Of a stretch of 64,000 nucleotides of DNA, positions 50,642-64,000 are shown piece by piece. Within the stretch, counting starts at the first letter, position 1. The number at the start of each line of letters is the position of its first letter. The notes below the pieces were generated by a model that was given only the letters and a program-made list of their open reading frames with translations, was not told the DNA's origin and ran no database searches. The DNA lies in assembly GCA_964057225.1 (NCBI GenBank), contig OZ059895.1, positions 8,742,001 through 8,806,000 on the forward strand. Reading direction: 5' to 3'. The translations under genes were made by a program, and so were the position numbers. The DNA is from Auanema rhodensis. Lineage: Eukaryota; Animalia; Nematoda.

Positions 50642-53376
50642 ATGGAGGAAGAAGGAGACGATTTAGATTTTATCGGAGAAGTTCCTTTGAATAAAAAGGT
50701 TTTTTTTTCAAAAATCTCTTGTTTAAATAAAAGTTATTGAAATATTTAAGTTGACTCTTTTTGTAATTGATGGTAGTGACCGTATGCTTGAGGGTGGAAG
50801 TAATTGTGCTTTTCGTAATGCTTTGAAGGTATTAATATGGGATATCGATGAGAATTAACACAATTCAAGGTTGTTTATCATCAAATGCTTAAAATTTGTT
50901 GTTCTGGTTCTTTAAATCATATGATGGGACTTATAATAACTAATACGGTCGTTTAAAATCCTCAAAACTTGATATATTTTCATAATTTTTAGGAAAATTC
51001 TAAGAATAGATTTGGTCAAAAATTTTCTTATGAATATATTGAACTGTCAGTTCCTTCTAAGGAAGAGATAACATCCCTGAAGAATCTGGTAGAGTCAGGT
51101 GAAACATTTGTGTTGACTTTTCATAAATGAAAGGTTTTAGACAATCTTGAGTCAGATTTCAAAAGCATTTTTGGAGGACATGCTGTTGTAAACTTGGCAA
51201 ATTTAATGTGGAGTTGCAAGAAAATAATGGCAACGTAATACTATTATAACATTAGATGAATTGTTAGAAATCTGCTTACAGTTCTGCAACTTCATCACGA
51301 CATCACATTATTATGTATATAACTAATAATCCTAATCCTTTCACATCTGATCCGAAAGCATATGTGATTTTCATTGAATTATTCGATTTAAATTATTACT
51401 TTTAGTCTCGCTTACAAACTATTCTTACTGATTTTTGTAAACCTTCGTATATGGATAAAAATGGAATTCGTCGTGTTAATAAAACACCAGGAGAATTTCA
51501 TGTTTTAATGCTTGCAGATGAAATATCTGATGAAGATCGAGAAAAATGGGTATGCTTTACAGTTAATTACTAAAATTCTGATTGTTAATATGACATATTT
51601 GATTATTTCGTTGTTTCTAGACAAATATTTCCAACAGTTTCTTTATGGGTGATGTTGAAGATCTTGATCTACAGTAAGAATTCCTTTTCTTCTTCCAATC
51701 TAAATTATCTGATTTATACAGCGCTTACAAAAAATCTTATACTCAACGAGCATTCAGTACTGTAGCTATGGAAATAGGACCAAATATAAAGCTGGGTATC
51801 AGTGTCTTCACTTTGGCAAAAGAAACAACTTTACCTAAAAAAGTTTATTTGGATGCTGACACCGAAGCACCGTTGATTGCTCAGCGAAAATATGTAGAAA
51901 AGGTTCCTTCTAATGTTTTGCTATCTCAATAATGAAGTTGGATTAGGCTCCATCTACTTCACAAAAAGATGAATCATCAACTTCTTCGGAATTTATGGAA
52001 CAGGATGTGAAAGACTTACCTAAAACTATTCATAAAGTTTTAAAAATTGGTGGGCAAGTTGTCTCAGATGATCAAATCAGTGATTTGGCTAATTTTGATG
52101 ATAAAGGTTTAGTTTTCCATATAAGCTAGAATCCTATATCTATAATATTTAGGAATCGTTCTCCTTGGATTCAAACCAATTGAAGAAATTGATGTTTTTG
52201 GTGAACATATAGCTGTTTCTCAGTTTATTCAACCAAATGAAAACGTAAGCATACTCCAAATTGAATATTATATGAAAACAAATTGTTGTAGACATATGCT
52301 GGCTCTACACAAGCGTTCCGTGCTCTGCACACCAAATGCTTAGAGAGAAAGGTTGCAATGATTTGTCGTTTCCAAAGTCGAATTAATCAAAAGGTTTGAA
52401 TTTGAAATATGATTTGAGGACTTAACCCCTACTATCCTTAAAGATTCGATTGACTGCATTGATACCAGAAAGTAAACAATGTGATAGCGATGAACAAGAA
52501 GTAATTTTAGTTATAAATTTTATATTTTATAATAATCGTATTTGAGGATATCACAAGTGATTATAGAAGTGATGGATTTTATGTAGTTTATCTACCTTTT
52601 GCTGAAGATTTTAAGGATATTGAAGATAAAATCACTTGTCCTTTTGGCGAATGGCCAACTCGTTAGTTGTATTAATATACAAATTAAAATAAAGAAAACG
52701 TTTTAGCAAATGCTGAAGATGTAAATATAACTCGTAAGTTTATTAGGAACTTGAACAAGCCCTATTCGCCTGAGATGTTTTACAATCCAAGTACGTATAA
52801 GTTTTTCAAAATAAATAAGTTTTACTGTTAAGGAATCAAGTCTTTCAATTCGATGCTTATCCAGGCAGCTGTGGGTGACGAAGTTGAGAGAGAAGATACA
52901 ATTCGTAAGAGCAAAGGTGTAGTGAGATTCTTACTTCTGATTCATTCCAGGTCCATTCTTCGAAACACGAACAGCTGAATTCGTGAATAAACTCACAACC
53001 CCTTTCATTGAATATTTTGAACTACACGAAAATAGTATACCTGAGCAGGTTGGAACAAAGCGATCAGGTTTGTTATTCATTCTTCAAATCATTTTCATTT
53101 TCATTTGTAGCAACTTCTGACGCATCTGGTAAGAAAAAACCAAAATTTGATGAAGATGTTGACGTTGAGACTTTAATACGTAACGATCAGGTAAGATATT
53201 TGGCTTTTTCATGAAATTATTTGCTAGAATTTACTAGTAACAGAATTTTATTATAGTTACAAGATTTGACTGTAGCTTCATTAAAGAAAATAATTGTGGA
53301 TAATGGTATTGGAAAATATAAAGCTACGGATAAAAAAGTCACATTAATTGAATTGATTAAGTCACATTATAAATAG
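50642..53376 (+). CDS. cku-70: Ku70 (XRCC6) DNA end-binding subunit with C-terminal SAP domain
   Basis: vWA start TLFVIDGS, IMYITNNPNP, RAFSTVAMEIGPNIKLGISVF, GIVLLGFKP, FIQPNE..YAGSTQAFRAL..KCLERKVAMICRF, DGFYVVYLPFAEDF, YSPEMFYNP, SAP LQDLTVASLKKII..KKVTLIELIKSHYK*. Confidence 0.92.
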
Positions 53377-56300
53377 AAATAAGAAGTTTTAAATATTATT
53401 TTATTGTATCAAAATAATTTTTTTGTTTTGAAATATATATTTACCACATTATTAGTTTACATTCGATTGGGAAAATTTAATTTTTACTCTTAAAAATATT
53501 TTCAAACTAATATCATTTATTTGGAAAGCTGACTGGAATGTGCCTACTGTAACAACTTGAAGAATTCCTAATGGAAACTTGACAGAGGAAACCATGAGTT
53601 AAAGAAGTTGTATTGAACTATTAGCTTTTGCTCACTTGTTAAATGTTGTTTAAAGTACTTCCAAGCTTTCAGAAAGTTTATTTCAATGCATGAGAGTAAG
53701 AATAACAATGAAGTTAAAAAGATCAAAAAAAGAGATTGTTGAATATACTAAAAACATTCAAGATTAACCTTAAAAGGTGAAGTGCTTTGAAATAAATAAT
53801 AAATCAATGAAGGAGGAGAAAGACAAAAGCTTTTCATTTAAAAAAATTATTATAATGAAATAATAAAATAATAATAATTATTATTATTATTAAGATTCAT
53901 ATATTCTAAGAATAACATCTATCTTTTTTCAAAAAAAGAAAGAAAAAAAAGAGAGAGAGAATAGAATATTAGTTACTTAAATTCAAAAATGTATTATTTC
54001 CTCATTTTTTTTATTTTAGAGCAATACTATGAATTTGTTAGTTTCCTGAATATTATTTTTTTAAAAGAAAAAGAATTCTAACATTAAAATTAAATCATAA
54101 AATTCATAAAATATTAAGTTTGAACCCATATATTCATATAAAATTTTATTTCGAATCTAAAAGATTTATCTTAAACAAATATACTTCAATGAAATCTTAA
54201 ATCAGATCAATCAAAGTACATTGAACTATATATATTTAAATTTTACATTAAAATAATAAAATTTCATTTTAATTTTAAATTATTTTTAATATTCAAATGT
54301 TTTCATATATGTAAAACTTAAGATATATTCTTTTAACTCTATGTTATAAGAGAATTTAGTTCCTTTATGCCCTCAAATGTCTTTTCTCTTTTCTCTTGGG
54401 ACTGTCAACTTCTGTAGTTCTTTCATCAAGCCTTAACATCATTGACAATGCTACTGAAAACTGCTATATCGTGTCATTTATGTTGCAAACAGAATTGGTA
54501 ACACAAACCGATGAATAAGAAGACGACAGAGTCTTTTATGGACTCTTCTTCCACATTTAAGCTTCATTAGAAACCGCTTTGTTGAAATTGTTATCTGATA
54601 TTCAGAAAAATGTCTATACATCTATATACTAATTACTATAATTTTTTATTTCAAAAAAAGAAATAACAACCATCAATGTTGTTTTTTTTTCGTTTGAAAA
54701 TCAGATAGAGAAGTACTAGAAAGTTCTATATTTGATTTATCAGTTAGTCTTTATCATCGTTATACGCTTGATCTATGCTACTTGTACTACATCTTTCATC
54801 AATAGTAACACAACAATTTGTCTATTCATGACTTCAAAACCACATTTACACTTTCTAAAACAAAAACTTCTTTTATCAGATTACTATCTTTTCCCATTAT
54901 TCTTATTTCAATCTCAATTTGTATGTAAAAAGCAAAGAATCTTAGAGAAAACGAGAGGAAGGCATTGAGAGAGATAGATAGAGAGGTATATGAATATATA
55001 AAGAGAGAGAAAGAGAGAGAGAAAGGAGGAAAGAGTAGAATATGTAGTTTCTTTAGATGCTGAATTGAAGCAAATTGGGTTAAGCTTCAGATAGAGCCAC
55101 ATGACAATCTATACAAAGTTCATTTGAATGATGACAAAAACCTTATATCATATATCGTTGTTGTTCAATTTTATTATTTATAATAATAATAATAATTATT
55201 ATTATTATTATAATGAATGAGTATTACTATATCATATAATTTATATTTTAATTCAAAAACTTTAATATAAAATATTAATCTTTTCTTTTATTTGATTTTT
55301 TATTACATTTTTATAATATATAATTGAAGTATTTATTAATCTTTATATTGTATTTAATCAGAAAAAAATCATTAAATTCATATTCTTTTAGTTTTTCTAT
55401 TAAATTTTTAAATATTTACTTTAATATGAAATTTTGTTTAAATTATATATAAATAAATATTTAAAATTAAAAAATAATTTTTGAAAAAAAAAAAAAAAAC
55501 ATTTTTCGTTTTATTCTTTTGTTTATTTTTTTTTCGTTTTTCTTCCTTTTATAAGTTCTTGAATGTTTTGAATATAGAATATGTACTTGACCAGTTTAAG
55601 AGTCCTAAGGGGAGAAAAGTGGAAAAGGTTAGAGAGAAAAGGAAGAATAGAGAGAAAAGGACTAGGAAGACGTATATCTTTTGTGTTTTGAACCTTAAAT
55701 ACAACTGGTAAATCTTTCTGACAATTTTCTTTATTTATTGCTAAACTTTGGTATATAAGCTATACAGAGTAGATTTGTAATCTTAATGTTCAAATTGTTT
55801 GGATGAAAACATTCATTCTGATCACAATGAAAGTACTTTAAGGATGAATAAACGAAGAAGATATACAAGAATAATACTTTAATCCTATCTCTTGTTATAC
55901 ATGTCTATTACAAATCTTAAATATCATTTAATAAAAGTTTTTCCCTTTAAAATTTAAGATTAATAGTTTGAAATAATAATTTATCATAAAGGTTTATGTA
56001 GAAATCATTCAACTTTTTTTTAGTTTCCGTGTGTTTTTGAGAAAATACGAAATAGGATTGCCGTTCAGCTATTGCGGAAAGCCTTTGTTGATAGCTTTAT
56101 AGAACCAATGTCTCATTCTTGCCTCCGGAAAAGAATGTCTGCTTACAGAATCAAGAAAAAAAGAAAAAAAGGAAAATACATACAAGAGAGTTGTTGTATT
56201 ATCCCGGAAGATATCGGAACATCACAAGAGACTATATAAATATAGTAATAGTTAAATTGAAAAATGATTTAACTATACATATAGTATAGTATAGTTTATA

Positions 56301-57237
56301 GTTTAATTATATGCATATAGTTAAGATATTTATGAATAGTTTAAAGAAGAAAAATTATAAAATTAATCCTTCAAACAACTTCAATATTTCAAACATTCGT
56401 TTCATCTCTTTACGTTGTTTTTCCCTGCAAAGTGTTTCTTTGCAAAAACTTTCGTGCATATCTAAGTTTCTTCAATTCATTTTTACCTTTTCATTTACTA
56501 TATTGACCTTATCTGATGATTAATCAACTATTTATTATATATCTTTAACTTAAAGTTTATTATATGAACTACAAATAGTTTTAAATTTATTCAACAACAA
56601 TATCAAATTAAAATAATTTTTTGTTCTTCTTCTTCTTCTTCTTCTTCTAAATTTACATCAAAATCATCAGAATCATCCAATATTCGTTGTTTATTCAATT
56701 TTAAAAACAAATTATTTTGTCTTAAGTTATACTATATATGTATAGTTATATAAGAATTATTATTATTTTAAAAGAAAAAGAATTTCTCAATGTTTCTTTC
56801 TCTCTTTTCATCTTCGAACATTATTTGGTCTTTTTCATGTTTGCGTGTCATCCAATTTGATTTCGTCGTTAAAAAAACTTTTTTTATTTAAAAAAAATTA
56901 TAACTTAGAATACATTGAGCAATCAATAATAATAAAAAGTAAAAAAATTAGAATATAATCTTTTATTTAATTATACTATATATTATATATATATATAGAT
57001 AGATATATATAGATATGTATAGTTAAAATTTCTTTAACTTCAGCTTATTCAAAATTATTTTTTTTGTTCTTGTCTTTTTGATATAATTATTGAAACAATA
57101 TGGTTTCATTTCTTTTAAAATTAATGGAATAAACCAATAATTACTATATAGAAGTACGTATTAGAAGATTGGTAAAATAAAATTAAAAAAAAAAGAAATA
57201 AATTGAATACTTTTGGTCTTTGTTTAAGAAGAATGAA

Positions 57238-57314
57238 TCTCTCTATCTCTCTATCTCTCTTACTCTCTCTATCTCTCTATCTCACTTACTCTCTCTCTCT
57301 CTCTATCTCTCTTA

Positions 57315-57348
<34 letters not shown>

Positions 57349-57350
57349 TA

Positions 57351-57414
<64 letters not shown>
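57238..57414. repeat. Long interrupted (CT)n microsatellite
   Basis: ~175 bp of CT repeats with ATCT/TTACT interruptions. Confidence 0.95.
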
Positions 57415-57417
<3 letters not shown>

Positions 57418-58712
57418 GTTATAATAGAAATCTTGTCATTGAAATTATTTCAAAAAGTGTCTTTCAAATAGAATTAAATCATTTTTATTTATTTTATTAA
57501 AAAATCTTATTATATAATAATAAGCTTTATATAATTATCTTTATAACTTAAAATATATAGAAAAAAACACAAAATCCACATAATATAAGCATTCCAGTGT
57601 TCTTTCTCTCTTTATATATCTCTCTCTCTCTCTCCTTTTTTATATAACTTTACTCTCAATCTTCTTCAATGAAATTTGAAATACATAGCCCAAGGGGAAA
57701 AGAACATTTATTTAAATATTCTAGAAAACTAAGTTTAGTGACCTTCATTTTAATACAGAATAAAACGTAGTATATCCCAATTGGGAGGAGAGGCCAATCG
57801 AAAAGGCAGAAGTTCCAAAGGGGAGGGATGGATGGATGGATGGATGGAAGGGAGAAGGATGTGATGAAGAGAGAAGCATTAGCTAGCTTCATAAAATCTT
57901 CCCTCTTGAGTTTTTTCTTTTTTTATAAACTTTTATACTTATATTCTTCTAAAATCTCTTTGTATTATAACAACTAGATAAAAGTCAAAAGACAGCATTT
58001 TACATTTCTTTCAATAAAACTTCTGCTCTATGGCCCAAGGACATTCAGTAAGCACTAAAGCAGCCACATGTTTTGAGCACTGAACTACTTCCATTCTCAC
58101 TTATTCACTTGTAAAACCTCTATTATCTCCAATTATAGTAGCGTTTGTATAATTGTTCTGAAGACCACGTTGGAAAGACTAATTATTTCAAATAGTTGCA
58201 GCATTTTTCTTCGTTTTTAACGTTTTTCTTATTATTTTTCATTCTATCATTATCATCATTTTACTTCAAACTTTCAATCCGAAAAAATTTGTTCGGCTTC
58301 TCCTTCCTTCAGAAAAAAAAAGACGAGCCCATCCTTCTAATCCATAGTCAGTGAGAATCGAAATTATTCTTCATCTTCCAAAGAGTCCAATTTTTTTTGT
58401 CGCTTTGTGGATAACATTTCTGAATTTGGAATAGGAGATTTTGAAAGTTTTAAAATAAAATTTTTATTTAATATGAATAACTATATATATATATAACTAT
58501 ATGTATATAACTATATATAGAAGTATATTCTACATATAAAATGAAAAATTGACTGTAATCATGCATATATCCTGATTGTTGTATAACTTCTCTTCTCAAA
58601 GAGTACAACGAGTACAAGTATATGTATTTACGATGAAATATTACATGTTGATATAAACTTTTTTTTATATTTTCTTTCAATAAAACTTAATTGTTTTGTA
58701 AATTATAATATA

Positions 58713-58749
<37 letters not shown>
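58713..58749. repeat. (ATCT)n tetranucleotide microsatellite
   Basis: About 9 ATCT units. Confidence 0.9.
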
Positions 58750-59216
58750 AAGTTCAAAAAAGAAAAGATTAATAATGCTAATTATGTGTTTCATTACATG
58801 CATAAGTTATTTCCTGGATATTAGAGACAACTTATGGATGAATATATATATATATATATATACTTTATACTATTTCTTATATAATATATGTTATATATTA
58901 ACCAATTTAATCACAAAAAATTGAATGAAATAAGCTTTAGCACTTCTTTTTCTTTTTTTGACTCTTCAATATGCAAAATATTTAATTGAAAAGGAAAGAA
59001 TAGCTGTTTTAATACCTATTTTTCTAGATATTGATCCAGAAATTGACCATATATCGTTTATTTCTCTATTTATTTCTTATATTTTTCTCTTATTCTATTT
59101 CATTTATTTATATAAAATTTATTTATATTATAATAGTTTTTATGTTTTTCTTTCTTTTTTGATTTTGTTGGTCAAAGAAAAGTCTTCACACATTAAGTGA
59201 TGGAGGACAGGACATC

Positions 59217-59218
<2 letters not shown>

Positions 59219-59269
<51 letters not shown>

Positions 59270-59297
59270 TATGAGGTGTTATGAGGTGTTATGAGGT
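59219..59297. repeat. (GA)23 followed by three copies of the 10-mer GTTATGAGGT
   Basis: Directly visible tandem repeats. Confidence 0.9.
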
Positions 59298-59987
59298 ATA
59301 TGCATGTATATACTGAAATTTAATATATATTTTGACAATTTCTTTATTATTTCAACACTTCTGACTAAAAAACAAAGTTTAAAGCAAATGATTTGAAGAT
59401 ATCTGAGCATGTGGTCGTGTGAAGGTCGACATCATCATTGAACCAGAAGTATAGAATAAGATTTAAGAAAAAAATAAAGAATGAATGAAATCATATATAT
59501 ATAATATGAAGAAATTAATATATTTTTTATACCAAATATTGAAAATTGAATATAAAAATATAGTAAAAAACAACTATTTCTATGTTATGTACATACATAT
59601 ACATGTATATGTACATGTACATACATGTATCTCCTCATTATTCAAAATAAAAAAAAAACTAAAAACCAACGTAGTAAATCTCCAAAAACACTTACTTACT
59701 TATAAAAAATATATTTTTTTAATATTAAAATCATTAACTTATTAACAGAAAAAAAATATTTTGATTATTCTAATAATAATTCTTTTTCTTTTATTTTTTA
59801 AATGAAATATATTTTAAATTATCGTTTTTCAACTATTTTTTTGAATTTAAATTTAAACAAAACTTTAAAAAATACTTTGAAAATCATAATTTTTATGTCA
59901 TGATAATGACTAAGATTTATTAACGATCAAAAAACAAAAAAAATCTTCTACCAAATGATTGTTGTTTTCAGAATATTTTGCTTTTCC

Positions 59988-60081
<94 letters not shown>

Positions 60082-60140
60082 TTCTCTCTTTCTCTCTTTC
60101 TCTCTCCCTCTCTCTCCCTCTCTCTCCCTCTCTCTTTCTC
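59988..60140. repeat. Long (CT)n microsatellite
   Basis: ~150 bp CT-rich tract; it accounts for the ER/SL-repeat pseudo-ORFs in the track. Confidence 0.95.
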
Positions 60141-62811
60141 CTTCTGTCTTTCCTATTTAAGCAGTTTTTTAAGACATTCAATGATGTTTTTCACCTGAAT
60201 CATTTATTTATTTTCTTTTTAACATAAAAAAAATAATATTATATTTAAATATTTTCCATTTTAGTTTTAACTTTTTTTTTAATTTATAATTAAAATAATT
60301 ATTCATTCTAATTATTCAAATTTTCAAAAAAAAATTATCCCTATGTGAAAAACTTTATTTTCCAACTTAAAATCTAATTAATTTTTAATAAAAAAAACTT
60401 TCAATATTCTTTTGTTATTTAAAGAAACTATTAGTACTTTTAACTATATCATATAATTACTTTACTTCATCAAGATATAAAAGAAAATATTTCTGAAAAC
60501 ATGCTAAGTACGTTTCAGAGTGGAACTGAGCAAGAAGTTGGTGTGAAGTGTGTGTATGTGCATAAGATTTCGCGGAAGAGAAATTTTTTAAAAAATCGGT
60601 GAAAATAGAAGAGAAGAGATAAACAGATTGATGTGCTAAACTTTCATGCCTATATCTATCTATCTACATATGTCACTTTCAGCCTTATATACATATAATA
60701 TGATATTTTCTCTTCCCCCCCCCACCCCTCTCAGTCTCTTCCTCGTTCCTCCCTCTCTCTCTTTCTCTCTCTAAATCTCTCTCCCTCTTTCTCTCTTTAT
60801 GTACAAGCTACAAGAAACTTTTAGTGATGTGCTTCATCTGACAATTTTTTTTTACAAATCACATCTCTATCACATCACTTAACAGCTGCTTAAACATTTA
60901 TTTCAATTTTGAACTTTATCTTTCGTCTCACACCCCATCTTCAACAAATCATAGATCCGTTTCTTTTTTTTTCACTTTTGTTTCTAAATCTCATATGAAT
61001 TTTGTAATTTTAAACTTATTTATTAAATATTCTCAATTATATAATTTATAAAATGTTTCTGTTTTAATTGTTTCCAACCTTTTTTTCATTTCTCCAACTT
61101 TAGTCGCACTATTACTCTCTCTCTCTCTCTCTGTCTACCTCTCTTTAGCAGTTTCCTTCATATGTCTAATATAAACTTGTCATCCATATACTTAAACATA
61201 TGTATATATGGATAACGAAAATTGGGTTGTGCTCATTTTCAAGTCACCTTCTTACTTGCTTCTTTTGAGTCTTCTTTCTTATTCTTTTTCTCTCTCTTTC
61301 TCTTTCTTTTCACTGCACGATGCTACTTTGTCAGCGTAATAGCTACTGAAGTCCCAGGATTTTCCTTAAGCATTCTTTGTTTCAAAATCTCTTTCTTAAC
61401 AACACCCTAAGGGAATATCTCTATGTTTTCTTCTGGTTCATCTTTGATGTTGAGGTCATTCCTAACATATAAACAAACAGTAGACCATACATAGAAATGT
61501 ATTTTCTATCACATTTTTTTGAATTTTTTGATTTAATATTCATTGTATTTCATTTAAATTCTTAGAGATAATCGTCATTGAAATAGATAAATGTTCATTC
61601 TTCTCCCTTCATCCCTTCTGTTCATCTTACTCTCAGCTTATTTCTTTCTCTTAGATTTCAGTTTTTTTCTGATTATTGTTGCATTGCTTGTAGCTGAATG
61701 CACGTCATGAACTTTCTTTCTCTCCAGGTCAATCTACAGATAAACTTGATGAGAATGCTGCAAGCAAAGTGCCTCAGGAGTTTCATACGTTCACATCTCC
61801 GATCAAATTTTGGAAGCTCATCTCTGCTCACATCATATCTAGATTTGTTTAAATATCTTCAGTTCCACTTTTCATATCATCATAACAACCATTTTGATTT
61901 TTTATCTTTTTCTTTCTAATAAACTTTATTTTTCTTTTTTTTCCTCAATATTTCAAGTTGAAAAACTTAAAAAACTGTCGTCGATCAAGCCTTTATATCA
62001 TTATTGCTGACGAATAATCTCTTTAATCTGACATCCCTTCCATTTCAATCACGAAAGTCAATGTTCTTCTAGTTAGTTGATGTCATTAAATGCTCAACTA
62101 GACGTCTTAGTTCGTATTTTCTTCACAAAGAACTCTCTCATGTCAATTTCCATCCATATAAACCTCACAAAATGAACCAAAAATAAAAAAAAATAAATGA
62201 AACAATGTCAATTTAAGTGAATTGAAGTTGAAACTTTCAGAGAATAACAACTGTTACAACAAAAGAAAATTCAAAAAGATTTATGTAATTTTCCTTCAAA
62301 AAACCATTAGAAACACATCCATCCATCTATGCTATGCTATGCTATACTATACTATGCTATGTGCTTTTACCTATTCAGGAATTTGTCTCTTTTTGATTAA
62401 TTTGTCATTTCCTTTTCACATTTTTTTCAACTCCAATTCTACTTTTTTCTGTTTTTCTTAACTATTGTATGTCATGTTATCTGTTAAATTTATTTTTTTC
62501 TTTCTCTCTCACTAACTATGCTATGCTTATCCTTTCTTTTCACATGTTTAACACATACCTTTATTCATTTGTTTTTTTGTTTTCAAAGAAATTACCAAAA
62601 CTAATTTAAAATTTTAAAACTTATACTATTCAATGTTGATATTTTATCTTTTTTTTATCATTTACATCAACTTTTCCAACTTTTTCTTTTCTTTATAAAC
62701 AACCTTTGATGTATTTCGTTGTTGTTCCATTTCAGGAAGTTCACTATCTATATCTATCTATCTATCTATATATATATATATATTTGTGAAATAATACTTA
62801 TTCGAATACAA

Positions 62812-64000
62812 ATGGCTGAGATAAAACCATCAGAAATGGATATACAATCCAGTGCATTTCTAACCTTATATTCAGTATGTTTTATATTTTTTATAAAAAA
62901 TAAAAAATATTATATAATCTATTTTATCATTACAGGTTTTTGAAAAAATTGAAAAATCTGAGACTATTCTATGGATGCGTATCAATTCTACACATTTATT
63001 GCCATTTTTCTGTTTAATTGGCATTATTGGAAATTCAATGGCTCTAATTCTTATTCGGTTTGCGAACTGTTGAACTCATTTCCTCAAATAAAATATTATC
63101 TGAGAAAATAAAATAAGAAAAAAAGTAAAAAAGAAAGAAAGAAGAAGAAGAAGAAGAAGAAGATTTCAATAACTTTCTATAATTCTTAAAATCAAAGAAA
63201 ATATAATATTATAATAATAAACTTTGAAATAACAAACTTATTTCAAAAGAATATATGTATAAAATTTCTTTTTAGAACAAATTTTTGGCTTCGACGTCTT
63301 ACATCAAATGTTTATTTATGTACATTATCTATATGTAGTTGTCTATTCTTAACTATGGTATAATTAATATTATATAATTATATTTATATATAATACTTTA
63401 GGTATTAGTTACTTGGGCTGATGCTATTTATCATCTTCCATTATATCGTGAAACAGAAATTGGTTGCAAGTTCTTTACCTTCTTAGCACATTTCTCAGAC
63501 TTTATCTGTGTATGGATGATATCTTGGATTTCATGTGATCGAATGGTAGTACTATATCGTCCAGGTAATAGTTATTTTTAAAATTTTTATTTGTACTTTC
63601 TATATAAGAAAGTATGTGATATATATTATCTATAAAATTAAATATATGAATGTCCTTTGAAAGAAATATTGCAACATTGACCTGAAAGTATATTTGCTGA
63701 TGAATTCAACTACTTAGAAAGAACTAGATAGACTTTGTGAATTAGTTTTATCCTCTTCCAGGAATAAGACGTCATGTCTGCAATCGCAAGTTTGCGGGAA
63801 GGTTAACGATTGGCACTATTCTTACATCAACAATGCTTTATTCGTGGGTATTCTTGTTCGCAGGCTTGGAACGTGTTCAAACAGGAGATGATCAAGTATT
63901 CTGTGGTTTAAGTACAAATGTTACCGTATTTGGGTAAAATATTCAAATAATCTATATAAATCAATAAATATAATTATAATTATAGATATCCAGTACATAA
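62812..64000 (+). CDS. Class A (rhodopsin-like) peptide GPCR, 5' part (TM1-TM4 and ECL2); continues beyond window
   Basis: MAEIKPSE..|..LPFFCLIGIIGNSMALILIR (TM1 GN), LRRLTSNVYLCTLSICS (TM2), IGCKFFTFLAHFSDFICVWMISWISCDRMVVLYRP (TM3, DRM for DRY), TM4 with SW, and ECL2 Cys (QVFCGL). Acceptor TTTCAG at ~62730-62735 lies upstream. Confidence 0.88.

Noticed and set aside
57203-60227. SL-repeat and ER-repeat ORFs
   Set aside because: Translations of (CT)n/(GA)n microsatellites.
1-64000. CRISPR arrays, rRNA, telomeric (TTAGGC)n tracts or a DNA-elimination breakpoint
   Set aside because: No repeat-spacer arrays, rRNA-like sequence or telomeric repeats were seen, and I cannot support any elimination motif from the sequence alone.

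Overview
AT-rich eukaryotic genomic DNA from a nematode, most likely clade V/Rhabditina (inferred from MEX-3 similarity, trans-splice-type acceptors next to start codons, and very many ~41-52 nt introns). Genes assembled by hand across introns: an EGO-1/RRF-1-type RNA-dependent RNA polymerase (minus, 3' end off-window); ~20 kb of largely non-coding DNA leading into mex-3, which has a probable distal alternative first exon; then a dense block of dhod-1(-), cln-3(+), dhs-1-like SDR(-), dnj-4-like J protein(-), chp-1(+), Bax inhibitor-1(+), a dead internally deleted mariner, DNA polymerase alpha(+) and Ku70(+); finally ~9 kb of very AT-rich, microsatellite-rich DNA and the 5' part of a class A peptide GPCR. 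The most notable observations are (1) the dnj-4/dhs-1/cln-3 cluster, which matches a C. elegans operon but with cln-3 inverted and no erm-1, (2) frequent AAG and one GAG 3' splice acceptors, (3) a pola-1>cku-70 operon-like junction, (4) a true BI-1/TMBIM6 gene, and (5) the mex-3 alternative N-terminus and possibly overlapping mex-3/dhod-1 3' ends. No tRNA, rRNA, CRISPR array or intact transposon was seen. C. elegans comparisons are from memory and need database confirmation; exon boundaries are manual.
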